A stretch of DNA of 64,000 nt from Gracilinanus agilis. Taxonomy: Eukaryota. This document shows, piece after piece, positions 34,188 through 47,600 of the stretch; position 1 is the stretch's first letter, and each line of letters opens with the position of its first letter. The DNA is taken from positions 551,797,608-551,861,607 of the forward strand of contig NC_058131.1 of assembly GCF_016433145.1 (NCBI RefSeq), given 5' to 3'. The translations under genes and the position numbers were made by a program. The notes under the pieces are model-generated. The model saw only the letters and a program-made list of their open reading frames with translations, made no database searches and was not told where the DNA came from.

Positions 34188-35652
34188 CTGTGGGAGACAA
34201 GCCACAGGACGGGTTGTTTTCTGGGAGGGAAGGGGTAGGGAGAGAAGGTAAGAGGTGGGCACAGGGGCAGAACTGGGTCAGGATAGAGGGCGAAGGGCTC
34301 GTGGGGCAGTGGGATATTCCCATGTCCCACTCACCCTCTCCCCCTGAACCTGGAGGGTCGGGGGGCCTGCTCCGGTCGGGCTCCAGCTTGTCACAGGACT
34401 GTGCTCTCCGAGTCCGCTTGGGCTTCAAAGGGGCTGCTCTTCGTCCCACGGTAGGGAGTCCTGAAATAAGAGTTCAAACCCCAGAGGGGTACTGGGTTCA
34501 TTCCCTACACCATTCAAGGCCACGCTAGTCTGGTGCCTCCTGCTGGAAGTCGAGAGCTCCCCTCCTTCTCTTTTAGGTTTGAGGTTCTTGGAGCAGATGG
34601 GAAGGCACCTCCAGGCCCCCCAAGTTGGAGTCAGCCCTCCATCTTCTTAATATATTCCTCAATCATTTTGTAAACTCCTCCCACCTCCTCTTAGTTGATC
34701 CCATTGCTCCCAAGTTCATACTTTACCTTGGGTCTCTGGTTCCTCTTGGTCTCGGTGAGAACCCAGCCTCTGTCTGGGCTTTGTGGCAGTTGGGGCCTCA
34801 GCCTCCTCTCTGTTCCCTGCCTCCACTGGAGGCCTCCGGCCCCGGGGTACAGCTATAGGTTTGGGGGGCCGTGGAGCTACAAGGAGATCCTGGAGAGGCA
34901 GAGGACACCGGTCAGCCCCATTCACCCCAAGGTGGTCCCTCACAGTCTTCTGTCCCCCTTTAGTTCTATCTCCCATCTCATACCTTGGTGCTTCTGGCTG
35001 GAATCTCCCTCTCTGAGTTTAGTAAGACCCCCTCTTCTCCCTCCCCGTCGATGGGGGCTGGGCTGGGGCTCTGTCGGCTGTTGTTGGGGGCACTCTCCTC
35101 AGCTGGGGGGTGGGGAAAGTACAGGAAGAAGAGAGGAAGCCGGTAGAATCTGTTAGTTCTGCCTCCTCCTTAGCCATTCATTTACTCCTGCTGCTTCCTC
35201 AAAGCCCACACTTGTTCTACACAGAGATGGTCTAAGGAATTTAGCTTGCCAACCCCCCCCCCCAGCCCCCAATTCCTTCTGTTTCCTCCTGGCATCATCC
35301 TGCTACTTGCCTTGCCTCCAAAGTCCCCCAATCCTGGGTCTGTGCCTGCTTACAGGCTGTGTGGAATATGCCAATTCTGGATGCAGTGGGAAGGAAGGGA
35401 ACTGGCCACGTGCATAACCTTCCCACTGGAGCCACAAACTCTAGAACCAGTCAGGAACCCCAGAACCTACCAAGGAAGAGCCAGAGAGCCTGGAAACCAC
35501 TGGGAGTCCCTCAAGAAGGTAAATAGCTCCTGTTAATTCTATGGGCCATTGGCCAGGCTGCTGGTTCTAGAACCACACACACCAAGCAGTTCTGTTCATA
35601 TCTGCCTCTGTCCAGTTTACAGCCTGTGGAAAGGTGCTTCAAGGAAAGGTGC

Positions 35653-35684
<32 letters not shown>

Positions 35685-38600
35685 CTGCCCTCCTTCCTTC
35701 CCACAGTGGCTTTATGCTCTGCCTAGGAACGAGCATGGAGAATGGCTGCAATGGTGGTGGGGAGGGCAGCTTGATGACAGATAGCCTGGTATTGTTCCCG
35801 TCCCTTTTCTTCCTTCAGGCTGGGGTGGGTGGATAAGGTTTTCCTGGAAGGACTTGCTCGCTCTACCTCAGTGGGTGTCAATGTGCTATGAGTAGATTTA
35901 GTAGGTTCCTGGTCCTAAGACAAGTGCTGTAGGTCAAGGAAGGAGAACAGCCTCAGGAGCTTTCAAGAAATATGTGCAAAGATTGATTTTAGATGCTTAA
36001 CTGGAAATACTTTCAAATGATCCGAGCCCTGGGATGGAGACTGTTCCTCTAGGTAGAGTGTTGGGAATACAGCTCTATCATAGACTCAGAAGTAATTTGG
36101 TCTCATCTTAGTCTATTCAATAGACTATTGTGTTTGTGGGAGAGAGGGAAGGGTACATAATATAATAATGGTGATGCTGATGCTGATGCTAATAACTCAC
36201 ATTTTTATAGCTTTACCTAGCTTCTAAAGCATTTTTTTCTTATAACTACTATGTGTAGGAAAGTTAGGCAAGTATTTTTCTTCCCATTATACAGATGAAA
36301 CAATTGAGGTTTTAAAAAGATGAAATTACTTTCACAGTTATAGAAAAATGCAATATAAAACAAAACCTGTCTTTGCCGTCCACTGTTCTAGATCTGGGGA
36401 ACACAGACAATTTTAGTGAGGAAGGCTTTGCCTTCAAGGAATCTCCAGTCTAGCAGGAGGAATTATAATCTCTAAATGTCTGAGCCCAGGTATTTTGGCT
36501 TCAAGCAGTGTACCATTAGGTCTAGGCTAGGTGATTTCTAGTTCTCAAATCTATCCCTAAGTCTATGATTCTCTGAGCACTAACCTCCTAGGCTATAACC
36601 TCTTTGTGTGGCACTGATGGAGGTGGAGCACATAAGAGGCAGGAATGGTGGAATGGGGAACTCCAAAGAAGGATGTTCTGATAGAATTCAACAGAAGCAC
36701 ATCAAACATATGGCAGTGGTCAGTGATCAGTTGCCTCCATAGACACTTCCTTCAGGAAGCCTTCCCTGATCTCCTGGAGTTGTTTCTGACCTTTCCTCTC
36801 AAATGACCCATAGCATTTAGTTTTGAATCATTCTAATGCATCTCTATCATTCATATAAATATATATATATGTATGTATATATATATATATTGCTTCTAAG
36901 GCAGAAGAGTGGTAAGTGGAAGGTAATGGAATTTAAGTGACTTGTCCAGGGGTCACACAGCTAGGAAATGTCTGCGGTCAGATTGGAACCTAAGACCTCC
37001 CATCACTAGACCCAGCTCTCAATCCACTGAGCCACCTAGCTGCCCCCTATCATATACTATTATATGTTTATTTTTATTATTTATTTATTATGTGTATATA
37101 TTCTATTATTATTTATTTTGCATCATATCTCCTTACAAGATTGTAAAATCTTTTGAGGACAAGCATATTTTTTAATTTTAATTTTTAAAAAACCTTTACC
37201 TTCTTTTTTAGAATCAGTACTATGTATTATGTATTGGTTCCAAGGCAAAAGAGTGGTAAGGGCTAGGCAATAGGGGGTAAGTGACTTGCCCAAGTTCATC
37301 CAGCTAGGAAGTGTCTGAGGCCAGATTTGAACCTAGGACCTCCCATCTCTAGGCCTGGCTCTCAACCCATTGAGCTACCCAGCTGCTCCCATATTTTTTC
37401 TAAATTTTGCATCTAGTACAGTACCCTATGCACAGAAGGCACTTTAATAAATGCTTGCTATATTGTCCCAGAGCCTCACAGATTGTTTAAGTAAGCCCTT
37501 AAATGTTTGCAGGACTAGATCAGCCCCTCTCTTTGCTTTGCATCCCTTCAGCCTATATATAGAGATAGAGATAAACATATATACACATATGGAGTCGCAT
37601 TTATATTACAGAAAAAAACCCCATCCTTCCTGACTCCTTTAATGAAGTCCCTAGAACAGGTGCATCCTTTTCTTAGAGTGGAATTCTGTTCAAATGAATA
37701 CCTTGTTGGGATCATGCCCAAGCTCATAGGAGCTGAAGGTGAAGCATTATCCATGAAGTTACTAGTTATTAGTCAATGAATAAAAGCCTTTTGAACCTTT
37801 TAGGGGAAGGAGGGAAGATATCACACACCATTCCCTCTTCTCTGACCTTCCCAATATCGAATGTTCCATCTCCACTTTTCCTCCCCCAATAGTATAGAAA
37901 TATAAGACTTTGGAACTGGAAAGGGCATGAGAGATCTTCTGTCTCCTTAGATGAGAAACCTGAGGACCGGAGAGATGGTCCAAAGGTAACACTGTTAGTG
38001 GAGCAGTGGATAAAACATCTGTGCCTGGATGACTTACTTTCCTGGGTTCAAATCTGCCCTCAGAAACGTATTAGCTGCATGACCCTGGACAAGTCATTTA
38101 ACCCTGTTTGCCTCAGTTTCCTCATCTGTCAGATGAGCCGGAGAAGGAAATAGCAAGTATCCTTTGTCTTTATCCAGTATCTTTGCCAAAAACATCCCAA
38201 ATGGGGTCCCAAAGAATCAGACAGAACAGAAGAACGACTAAACAAGAACAACATTGTGGGTAACGGAGCTGGGACTAGTACCAAGGTGTGGACTGCCTTC
38301 CTTACTACACCAATTCTCAGATCTTGGGAGGGGTGTAGCTCAGGTGGGAGGTTTGGGAGAAATGTCTGAGGGGGGGAACCTAAGGGTGCTCAGTGGTGTG
38401 GAAGCATCTTCACAGGAAGACCAAAGGCTGGGCTCTGGCTCTCTTTCTCCCCAACTCCCAACTCTCATACAAAAGCTTCCAACCAAGTGTTTTCTTTATA
38501 GGGACCAGAGCATGGATAAGGACCAAAGAAAACTTGCTATATGGGGTTGTTTGTTGTACTGAATGCGTTATGATTCAGTCTCCAAAGCTCCATGAGTAAT

Positions 38601-41600
38601 TCACAGGACAACAGCTCTGTTCTATAATATCCCCTTTGTAAAGAGAAGTTTACACCTTGGTGCATATGATGTTTTATAAATGACCTGGTCTTTTTAGTGT
38701 GTTCATGCCGCCTCCTCTCCATGGACTATAAACTCTTCAAGGGCATGTCTTTTTTTTTTTTTTCAAACTCTTATTTTCTGTCTTAGAATCAATACTGTTT
38801 ATTGGTTCCAAGGCAGAAGAGCAGTAAGAGATAGGCAACGGGAGCCAAGTGACTTGACCAGAGTCACACAGCTAGGAAGTGTCTGAGGTCAAATTTGAAC
38901 CCAGGACCTCCCGCCTCTAGGCCTGGCTTTCAATCCATTGAGCCACCTAGCTGCCCCTTTTAATTCTTTTGAATTTTTGTTCTTGGCCTTCTCCCCAACC
39001 CATTGGCTGGCACCTAGCTCAGCCAATGTTGCTGACCGACTAAGGAAGCTGCCAGTACCTATGTGCCACGTAGCTTCAGCTCGACGCATGGCGCTGAAAC
39101 TCGGCTTGGTGCTCTGGGCAGGTGGAGGGGGCTTCCAGGCCCCGGGCCCTGCAGCGGGGAGGGGGAAGGAAGTGGCAGGGTCAGAGGAGGCTGGGTAGTG
39201 TGGGAGAGGGGAAGAAAGGTGGAGGTGGTAACTCTTCTTTCACCTGCATCATCAGAAGCTCGCCGTCTCTGCCAAGGTTGGACGCTGCTCTCCAGGTCTG
39301 TGTCTGTGCCCTGAAATGAGAGCTAGGGAGTCGGAGTGGCAACGTGAAGGGGGACAGCACGAGGGTGACCACTCAAATTCTGCAGGGAAAGAAGAGAGAT
39401 GATTCCTCCCCTTCCCTCCATCCAGTTCCTTATTCCTCTCTTACCTCTTGCTTCCCATCAAAGCTCCAGCCCTTGGCTCGACCCATCCCAGGGAGGGCAA
39501 TACCATGAACTCTTGCTGGCTGCATCACTCCAGATACTGGGATTCCCTCTCCTGGCTCTGCCCCTTCAATGCCCTGGAATCAGAACCCAGCTCTAGATGA
39601 GGAAGGAAGACCCTTGTTGCCAACACTGATTCTGGATTAGACTCCAACTTTTCCAGGAGGAGCTGCCATCAGCATCCTCAGAGTTCTCTCCCTCTCCCCA
39701 CTTCTCTCCCTTTTTCTCTTCCTTCCTGCTTCTCTCTCCCCCCTCTTCCTTCCTCTCTCTCTCCCTTCCTCCTTCTCTCTCTCTCTACCTCTTCTCCTCC
39801 CTCCCCTTCTCTCCTCTCTCCCCTCACTTGCTCTTTGTTCTATCCCAGCAGGTCCCTGGTTTTTATCTTAAAAGGAAATTATTCATTTGCCCCCCCCCCC
39901 TTTTGTCCCTGGAATTCTTCCATTAACAACCTCTCAAATGGGTGTATAGGGCAGGGAGAGGTTGGACTTTCTATCTTACCTGCTTTCTTCGGAAGGAGGG
40001 TCCCCGGCTCCCCCCCAACCCTGGGAGGGGGCCGCTTTCCTCCTCGGGACTCCAGCAGGGGGTGGAATTATCGCCAAGGCTTGGGGGATCTGGGGTAGGA
40101 GGGCTCTCCTGAGTTGGGGGTGGGGGAGGAGGTGGGGGCAAGAGGAGCCCAGGGGTGGGGGATCCCGGTCCCCGTTCCCCCTTGAAGCTCCGGGGGCGAC
40201 GGAAGTGAAACAGGCCTCGTCGTCTCTTCTTCTGGAGAGGGGGCAGCGGGGGCTCTGCAGGACCCGGGCCTGGGCGCACTGTCCTCAAGGTCCGGGGATA
40301 GCTGGAGAGAGGGGAGGACTTCTATGTGGCTGGGTAGACTTAATAACCCAACAAACTCCCACCACCTAGGAGATGTGCCTCCCAGATGAAATGTTCCCAT
40401 GTACAAAGTTTATCCAAGTCTGGCCTTCTCGGAAAATCCTTCCTGCTGGGAAGTTCTTCCTTCTCGGTGACCTAAAGGTCTCTGGGTAGTTTCTTGCCTC
40501 TTGTAATGAATGACTTTCTCTGGAGAATAACCTTTAAGAGAACCCGAGACTCTCCAGGGCCCTTTGGCTTCTTAGCTTCCCAAAGACTATTCTTCATGGG
40601 CTTCATTTTCCTCCCATGTAATCTCTCCAAGACACTCCTCTCAGCTAGCTCCAAGGTTTGGGGCCTGGTCCTTGTGGGGCTGGCCCAGGCCTCCGGGAAT
40701 GATCTGATCAATGGCGGCCGTGAGGCTTTTTAGTCAAGTATCACTGGCTTTGCTCAGGAGTCCAGGGCCTGGAGAACCTTGAAGGCCTCCCCAGAGTGCC
40801 TCGTGGGTGTTACCATTAGGCATGACTGGTCCGCTCCACTGTCACACGCCACCCATGCTTTGGGTCTGACTTTCTGCTTAGCTCTCTACCTGTTTCTGGC
40901 CTCTGAGTAGAGGCTTTTTCATTTAAGCTTGTGAGAGCCTTCTGGGGAATGTGCATAAGGCTTGGGGAATAAAGAATGAAAGTAAAGGGAGGGAGGAGAA
41001 CAGAGCTGAAATATCCCAGAGATGTGGGCTCTGGGAGGATTGTAAGGAATGGTTCCTTAAGAGCCACGAGACTGAGTTCTGGAGCATTCTAACAATCAAT
41101 CCTCAGGACTTTTACTACCAAAGATTGTATACTTCTTTTAGACTAGACATCTTTAAAATGGCTTCACGTTCTTCTTGGCCCTAGCTCTTGCCAATTAGCT
41201 TTTATTATTATTATTTTTTAATCCCTTACAATCAATAGTAAGTATTGGTTCCAAGATAGAAGAGAGGTAAGGGCTAGGTAATGGGGGTTAAGTGACTCAC
41301 CCAGGGCCTCACAGCGAGGAAGTGTCTAAAGTCAAATTTGAACCCAGGATCTCTTGTCTAGGCCTAGATACCTATCCACTGAGCTACCCAGCTGCTGCCC
41401 TTCCCATTGATGAAGTTCTGAGTTATAATTTCGATACTTCATTTCTCTGTGTGTGTGTGTGTGTATGTGTATGTATGTATGTATAGTATAATAATGTAAA
41501 ATTCTTCCTGAGACTATAATTCTCAGAATTCACATTTTAGCTTTAGGACTTTTGGAAATTAGTCCAACATGTCTCGGTTACCCATCATGGAAGCACTGCT

Positions 41601-44600
41601 GTAGGGGGCCTCGGAAGAGCAGAGCTGCCTACGGGCCTGGCTTGGACAGCTTAACCCGTCCCACATGGGGGGCACACCTGGAACTTTCATCCATGACCCT
41701 CCGACTAAAGAAATCCTCCAGCCCCTCATCCAGGCGAGTGGCTGTCCCATTCTCCTGTCGGGTCCCAGGTCCTGGTGCCTGCTGGGAAAGGGACCGTCAT
41801 CTTAGCTTGAACAAGAGTTCCTGCCTTCCACTTCACACAGGAACCTCCTTTCTCGGGCACCAAAGAAACCAGGAAGCTTGTCTACACAGCCCACCCCCAC
41901 CCTGTTTACGGGATGTAGGGCCATTAGATCTAAAGCTGGAAGGGACCTCAAAGATAATCTCATCCGACTTCCTTCTTTTACCAGCGAGGGCCCCCGAAAG
42001 ATGAGGGGATGCCTCAGGTCACAAGCAGGAAGGAGCAGGGCCAGGATCCGAACCCAGGTCCGGCTCTAAATCCACTGCTCTTTCCACCATACAACTATAT
42101 TCTATTCTATTGTATTCTACTGTATTTCTATATTCTACTACTTGTCTTTTGCTTCAAGTGAAAAAAAAAAAAAACCAACTGGTTTTTTTCTACTAACTGC
42201 TAGGCAATAGTTCTCCATCTCTGGGTCCTTGTAGCTCACGCTTATCTCTGTTAGAATGAGTACTTTCTGCTCCGGCTACTACTCGTGGGCCTCAAACTGG
42301 GAGGCTGGGGCTCTGGAATTTGGGGCCTTAATGCCAGAACGCTTAGGTCTGGAGTTACTAAATTGCTAGAGACTATCATGTTCCCCTGAAAGGCTCCCAG
42401 GGACTCACGCTGGGCCTGCCAGGCCCTGGGGGGGTGGTCCTGGGGGGCCTGGGCCGTCCTTGTGTCTGATGCCTCAGTTTGTAGCCATGGGTGGGCAGCT
42501 CTGACAGGCCCTCCCAGGAGCCACTGGGGCCGGGTTGATTGCCCCCTAGGGCTGAGAACCAGCCTGGGGGTACCCCCAGCCCCCCCAGCTGGCCCTCCAT
42601 GTCCTGCGGACTCCCACCTGTGGGAATAGCTGTGTTAGAAAGGCTGGGGAATCGGATTGAATGGTTAGGGAGAAAGGAAGAAACTGGGAAGCAATAAAAA
42701 AACAAAGTGGAGATCCAAAGAAAAGGGGTCCGAGAAAGAGGCAGTCTTGAGAAAAGGGCTCCCAGGGGTGGTGGGTGCGGGAAGGGAAGCGGCTTAGGGC
42801 AGGGAGCGACTCACTGATGAAGGCAGACACGGGCCGGATCTTGCGGCAACGTTTCTGTTTTTTGATGGCCATGGTGTCCTGAGGGGAAGGGCAGGGTTAG
42901 AGTCCTGGGGTCCTTGGGAGACCTCGATCACAGCCCCCCACTCCTCACAGGGACGTCGTAGCTCCTCCCACCGCCCCGCTCCCCACAAGACTGAGGCGTG
43001 TTAGGGGGCAGGGGCAGAAACCGGGGACCGGGAAAGACGGGGCTATGGGATGAGGTTAGAGCTGCTGCCATGGGGTGGGGAGTGGAACCAGAGGGAGATG
43101 GAATGAGACAAAGCTGGTGGGGGCAGAAGAGGCTGGGATGGACAGTCCACGGCGGGGATACACAGGGTTCTGTGGAAGCCTCACGATGTTGGTCCCGAGC
43201 TCATCGTCGGTGGTCTCTTCATGGTCGTGGCCCCGGCCCCGGCCCCGGGCCTGGGAGGACACTTCTTGCCCTGGGCCTCCTCCTCCTGGGGGCTCCGAGA
43301 GGGTCCTCAACTGGGCCAGGTGACGGGCCTGAGAAGGAGAAGCATGGGGGGCAGAGGGCTGACCTCCTTGTCCTGGGGAAATGTTCTTTTCTGAATGTCA
43401 GTCTCAAGGAACCAGTCCACGACCCAAGATCCTCGTGGAGGAATTGTTGATGGGCAGCAAGTCTGGGGAGGGAAGGGGGGGTCCTCAACGGGACCTCGTA
43501 GGGCAGGGATACGGCCAGGGCCAGGACGTGACGTAGGCTTTGGTCAGGCTGGCATGCCTAGGTGTCCCCCCGCCAGGGCACAGAACCTCACCAGGCTCTT
43601 ATGGGAGTGGTACAGCTCCTGTAAGATCTCATCCACAATGGAGTTGGTCAAGTAGGTGACGACCGAGAGCTTCACCTCACTGCGGACACACTTGGGGGAT
43701 CAGCACAGCCACCCTCTTTCCCCTCACTCTGACCCCCTTCTAGCCCCGAATCCCTCACAGAGATAAAGGTCAGATTAGTTGGTTGTAGATGGAGGGGGGA
43801 GATGCCAAGACCAAACTGATCCTGGCTCTAACCCCAGCACTAGAACTTCCAGGCCCATTCTTTTAGAATATCTGTCCAGCCCTAGGTAGGAACATTAAAA
43901 TCAGTTAATGATTTATTATTTTTAATGGAGATTTTACTCATTCATTATTCATCGTTAAGAGCAGCCCAGGGCCCCCTCTCCCCTAAGTACTTCGCTCTGG
44001 TTATTTAATGGGGCCTTGCCCCAGCCCCTCACCCTGGCCCTGAAGGAGCTTACTCCAGTTTATTCTGAATATCCTGCCCTGCCTGCTCCAACAGGGCCCC
44101 ACGGATGAAGTTCCTGGGCACAGTGACCCGCTCCGCCACGCTGCTCAGCATCTTGTTGTGGCCTTCAGCCACTCGCATCGCCACTGGGCACAGCTCCTGA
44201 GTCAGGCTGACCATTGACTCCAGGATCACCTGGGGTGGGGAGACAGGAGGGCCAGAGTCCACAGAGGGAAAACTGCAGCTCACATAGGCTGCAACTCGTC
44301 CATGGTCATATATCTTATATATCTCAGGACTATGCTCTTTTTACTACATAATATTGTGATATTCTGTGCATGTGTGGGCTAGAGAGAAGCTGGTGAGAGG
44401 GGGAAGAGAGAGGGAGGGAGAAACAAAGAAAGAGGGAGAGGGACAGAGATATAAAAAGAGGGGGGCCAGAGAAAAAGAGACAGAGGGAGAAGAGGGAAGG
44501 AGACAAAGAGAGATGAATAGAGGGAGAGACACAGGGAAAGAAAGACAGAGTGAGAGAGAGGGAAGGAGATAAAGAGATGAATAGAGGGAGAGACACAGGG

Positions 44601-47600
44601 AAAGAGAGATAGCGTGAGAGAGAGGGAAGGAGACAAAGAGACAGAGAGATGAATAGAGGGGGAGACACGGGGAAAGAGACAGAGTAAGAGAGAGGGAGGG
44701 AGAAAGTCAGACAGGAAGAGGGAAAGAAGAGAGAGACAGAGATGAAGAGAGGGAGGGAGGGACACAGAGAAAGAGAGACAGAGGGAGGAAAAAGGGAAAA
44801 AGAGAGACATAGAGAAAGAGGGAAGGAGGGAGAGGGAGAGAGACAGAGGGATACAAAGAGAAAGATGGGGGAAGAGAGGGAGAGATAAAGAGTCAGAGTC
44901 AGAGAGACAGAGATAAAGACAGATGGACAAAGGGAGGGAGGGAGAGAGGGAAGAGGGAGGAAGAAGGAGGGAAAGGGAAGGAGAGAAACAGAGACAGAGA
45001 GAGATGAAGAGGAGAGGGACACAGAGACAGAGAGTGTCAGAAAGACAGGGAGAGAGGAGAGAAGGGAGAGAAAGGGAGAGTCAGGAGAAATGAGGAAGGG
45101 AGACAGAGACAGAGATGGAGAGGGAGGAGGAAAACTGCATAATATATGGGAAAAATACCTCTGGAATCAGAGTATATGGGTTCAAATCTTGGTATTAATT
45201 ACTCAAGGGACCATGGACAAATGACTCTCTTTCAGAGTCTCAGCTCCTCATCTGTAAGATGGTGGTGGTGGTAGGATGGACTAGAAGATGTCTAAGGTCC
45301 CTTCCAGCTCTAAATCTATATGACCTTTTGAGTATTCCTCGTCCAAACACATCAGAGTTCAGAAGGGTGTGTGTGAAGCTAAAGCCCAGAAGGGACAGTG
45401 TGGACAGTGTAGACCTGAGACCTTAGGAAATCACGTCTCACAACTGATATTTGTTGTTGTCTGGATGGACACCTTCTTGTTCAATGGTGGGGTTCCCCTG
45501 GGGTGCGTGCTGGGGTTTCCTGTCATCTAGGCAAGTGTGACGGATCTGCTCTACCTCCCAACAGGCTCAGGACTGGGTTTTTGTCCTGGATGGTTTTGTT
45601 CCCTCAGTTCTTACCTGCAGCTCCTTGTCCACAGCCTTGGATACCTCGCTGGCCACTGACTCCAGTCTCTGCCGAACAGGCCCATCACTGGCTAGGACAT
45701 GGCCCAACTCATAAAGGCTTGGGAAGAGCTAGGGGGAGGCGAATGTGGTTAGGAGGTCAGAAACTGGCTGCGTTCCCATGAGCAGTGCTTGGGCTTGAGA
45801 GAACATTCTGAGGGGAGCAACGCTGGGGGCATTGTTGGGAGATGGAAAGTCTCTGACCTTCTGGCTCCAGATGGTGCCTTGGGGTTTGGTTTGACTGTCC
45901 ATCTCTGGCAGTTTGGGGCGGGGAAGAGAGGCTGGGGGGGGTCTGGAAGAGGCCGAGGTTGGGAGCCAGGGCGGTGGGGAAGGGGTGGACGGTATTGTCT
46001 GGGGCTTGGTGCTAGTTGGCAAAGGCCCAGGTGTGGAGTGCAGAATAGGGTTGCTCACAGCCCGGGAGTTCTTGGCATCCTTGATGAGGTCTCTGGCGTA
46101 GAGCAGCTCATCTTGTACTGGCTCCAGGGGGCATAACCGCAGTGCCCGTACCTCCTCCTGGACTCGCCCGCATAGCCGCTGTAGCATCTGGGCCAGGGCC
46201 CAGCAGGGGGGTGTCAGGGAGGCATAGGGTAGGACGGGGGGAGTGAGTGAGCCACAGGACCCCCGCTAGTCCCCCCCACTCCATGGGGACCAGGAGGCCT
46301 CTACCCTCCCTCTGGGGCAAGTCCTTCTCACTTTGCAGGGCTCTGCTGTAATGGGGCAGGCGTGAAGCTGGGACAGGGGCAGCCTGAAGGTCTCTGGGGA
46401 TCTCAGTGGGTGCTCTATCCCCTCCTGGGCTTTTGTCTTCTCTCGTGCTCCCCCTCATGCTCGGGGCCCCGCAGAGAGAAGCATTTACTTGCTCAGCACT
46501 GCTGGTGACAAGGCCTTGCTGCAGTCTGAACGCCTGCTCCTGCGGACAGGTCTGTGAGTGGTTGTTCCGGACAAGGCACCATTGGATCTGGAGATGCCCG
46601 GGGTGGGCGGCAGAGGCCACCTAAGCAGGTAGGCTCCTCTAGCCCACCCTGCTCCAGCCTCCTTGTCCCTGCCCCGACTTCCTCCTGGAACCTCCCTGCC
46701 CCCCCACCTTCTGCCAGACATCCTCGGTGCGCTCTGGGGCATTGCGATACGCCTGGGAGATGTCGCTCACAGGGAAGGACATGAAGCGAAGTGTGTGATT
46801 GCTGCGGGGAGAGCCAGGAGGGAGGCGCTGTGGGAAGTCTAGAACCCCGGGCCTCTCCTCCCTCTCCCCATCCAAGGACCCTGCCTTCACCCCCATCCCC
46901 AGATCCCCACAAAGGAGCAGCAAGTGAGAGGCCCCGGTGCCTGGGCTCAGCACACACTCACCTCTCCAGGGCCCTTGCAATATCCAGAAAACCCAGGGCT
47001 GAAGTATTGTTCCGGTCCCACAAGATAGTCCTGGGGTAGGAGATAGGGGGAGGAGGAAGTGGGGAACCGGGTTCATCATTCCTACTTCTGGGGACCTGGT
47101 TTGGGTGTCATCCTGCTTCTGGGAGGGCTGAGCCGTAGATATTGAGGACAGACTGCAAGCCTTTGGGAGTTCCCTATTCCCGACTAACCGATTCTCTAAG
47201 GGTTGGGAAGAAAAGGTTCTGTCATAGAGAGCCAGGCCTAGAGACAGGAAGTCCTGGGTTCAAATTTGACCTCAGACACTTCCTAGCTAGGTGACCCTGG
47301 GCAAGTCACTTAACCCTCATTGCCTAGCCCTTACTGCCCTTCTCCCTTAAAACTGATACTTAGCACTGATTCTAAGACAGAAGATAAGAGTTTAAAAAAT
47401 CCAAAAAGGTTCTGTTATAGAGTGCCAGGCCTAGAGATGGGAGGTCCTAGATTCAAATCTGGTCTCAGACCCTTCCTAGTGGGTGAAGTCATTTAACCCC
47501 ACTGCCTAGCCCTTATTGCTCCTTTTCCATGGAACTGATACTTAGCGCTGATTCTAGGACAGAAGATAAAGGTTAAAACAAACAAAAAAAAAACTCCAAA

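Noticed and set aside
40380-40940. Purine-rich, coding-looking stretch on the - strand in CARMIL3 intron 32
   Set aside because: Stop codons in all three frames; only the short 52-nt candidate exon is kept as a hypothesis
44330-45022. Long ORFs (230 aa, 183 aa) on the - strand
   Set aside because: Artefacts of the CT/GA low-complexity tract (S/L/P/F-rich); intronic to CARMIL3
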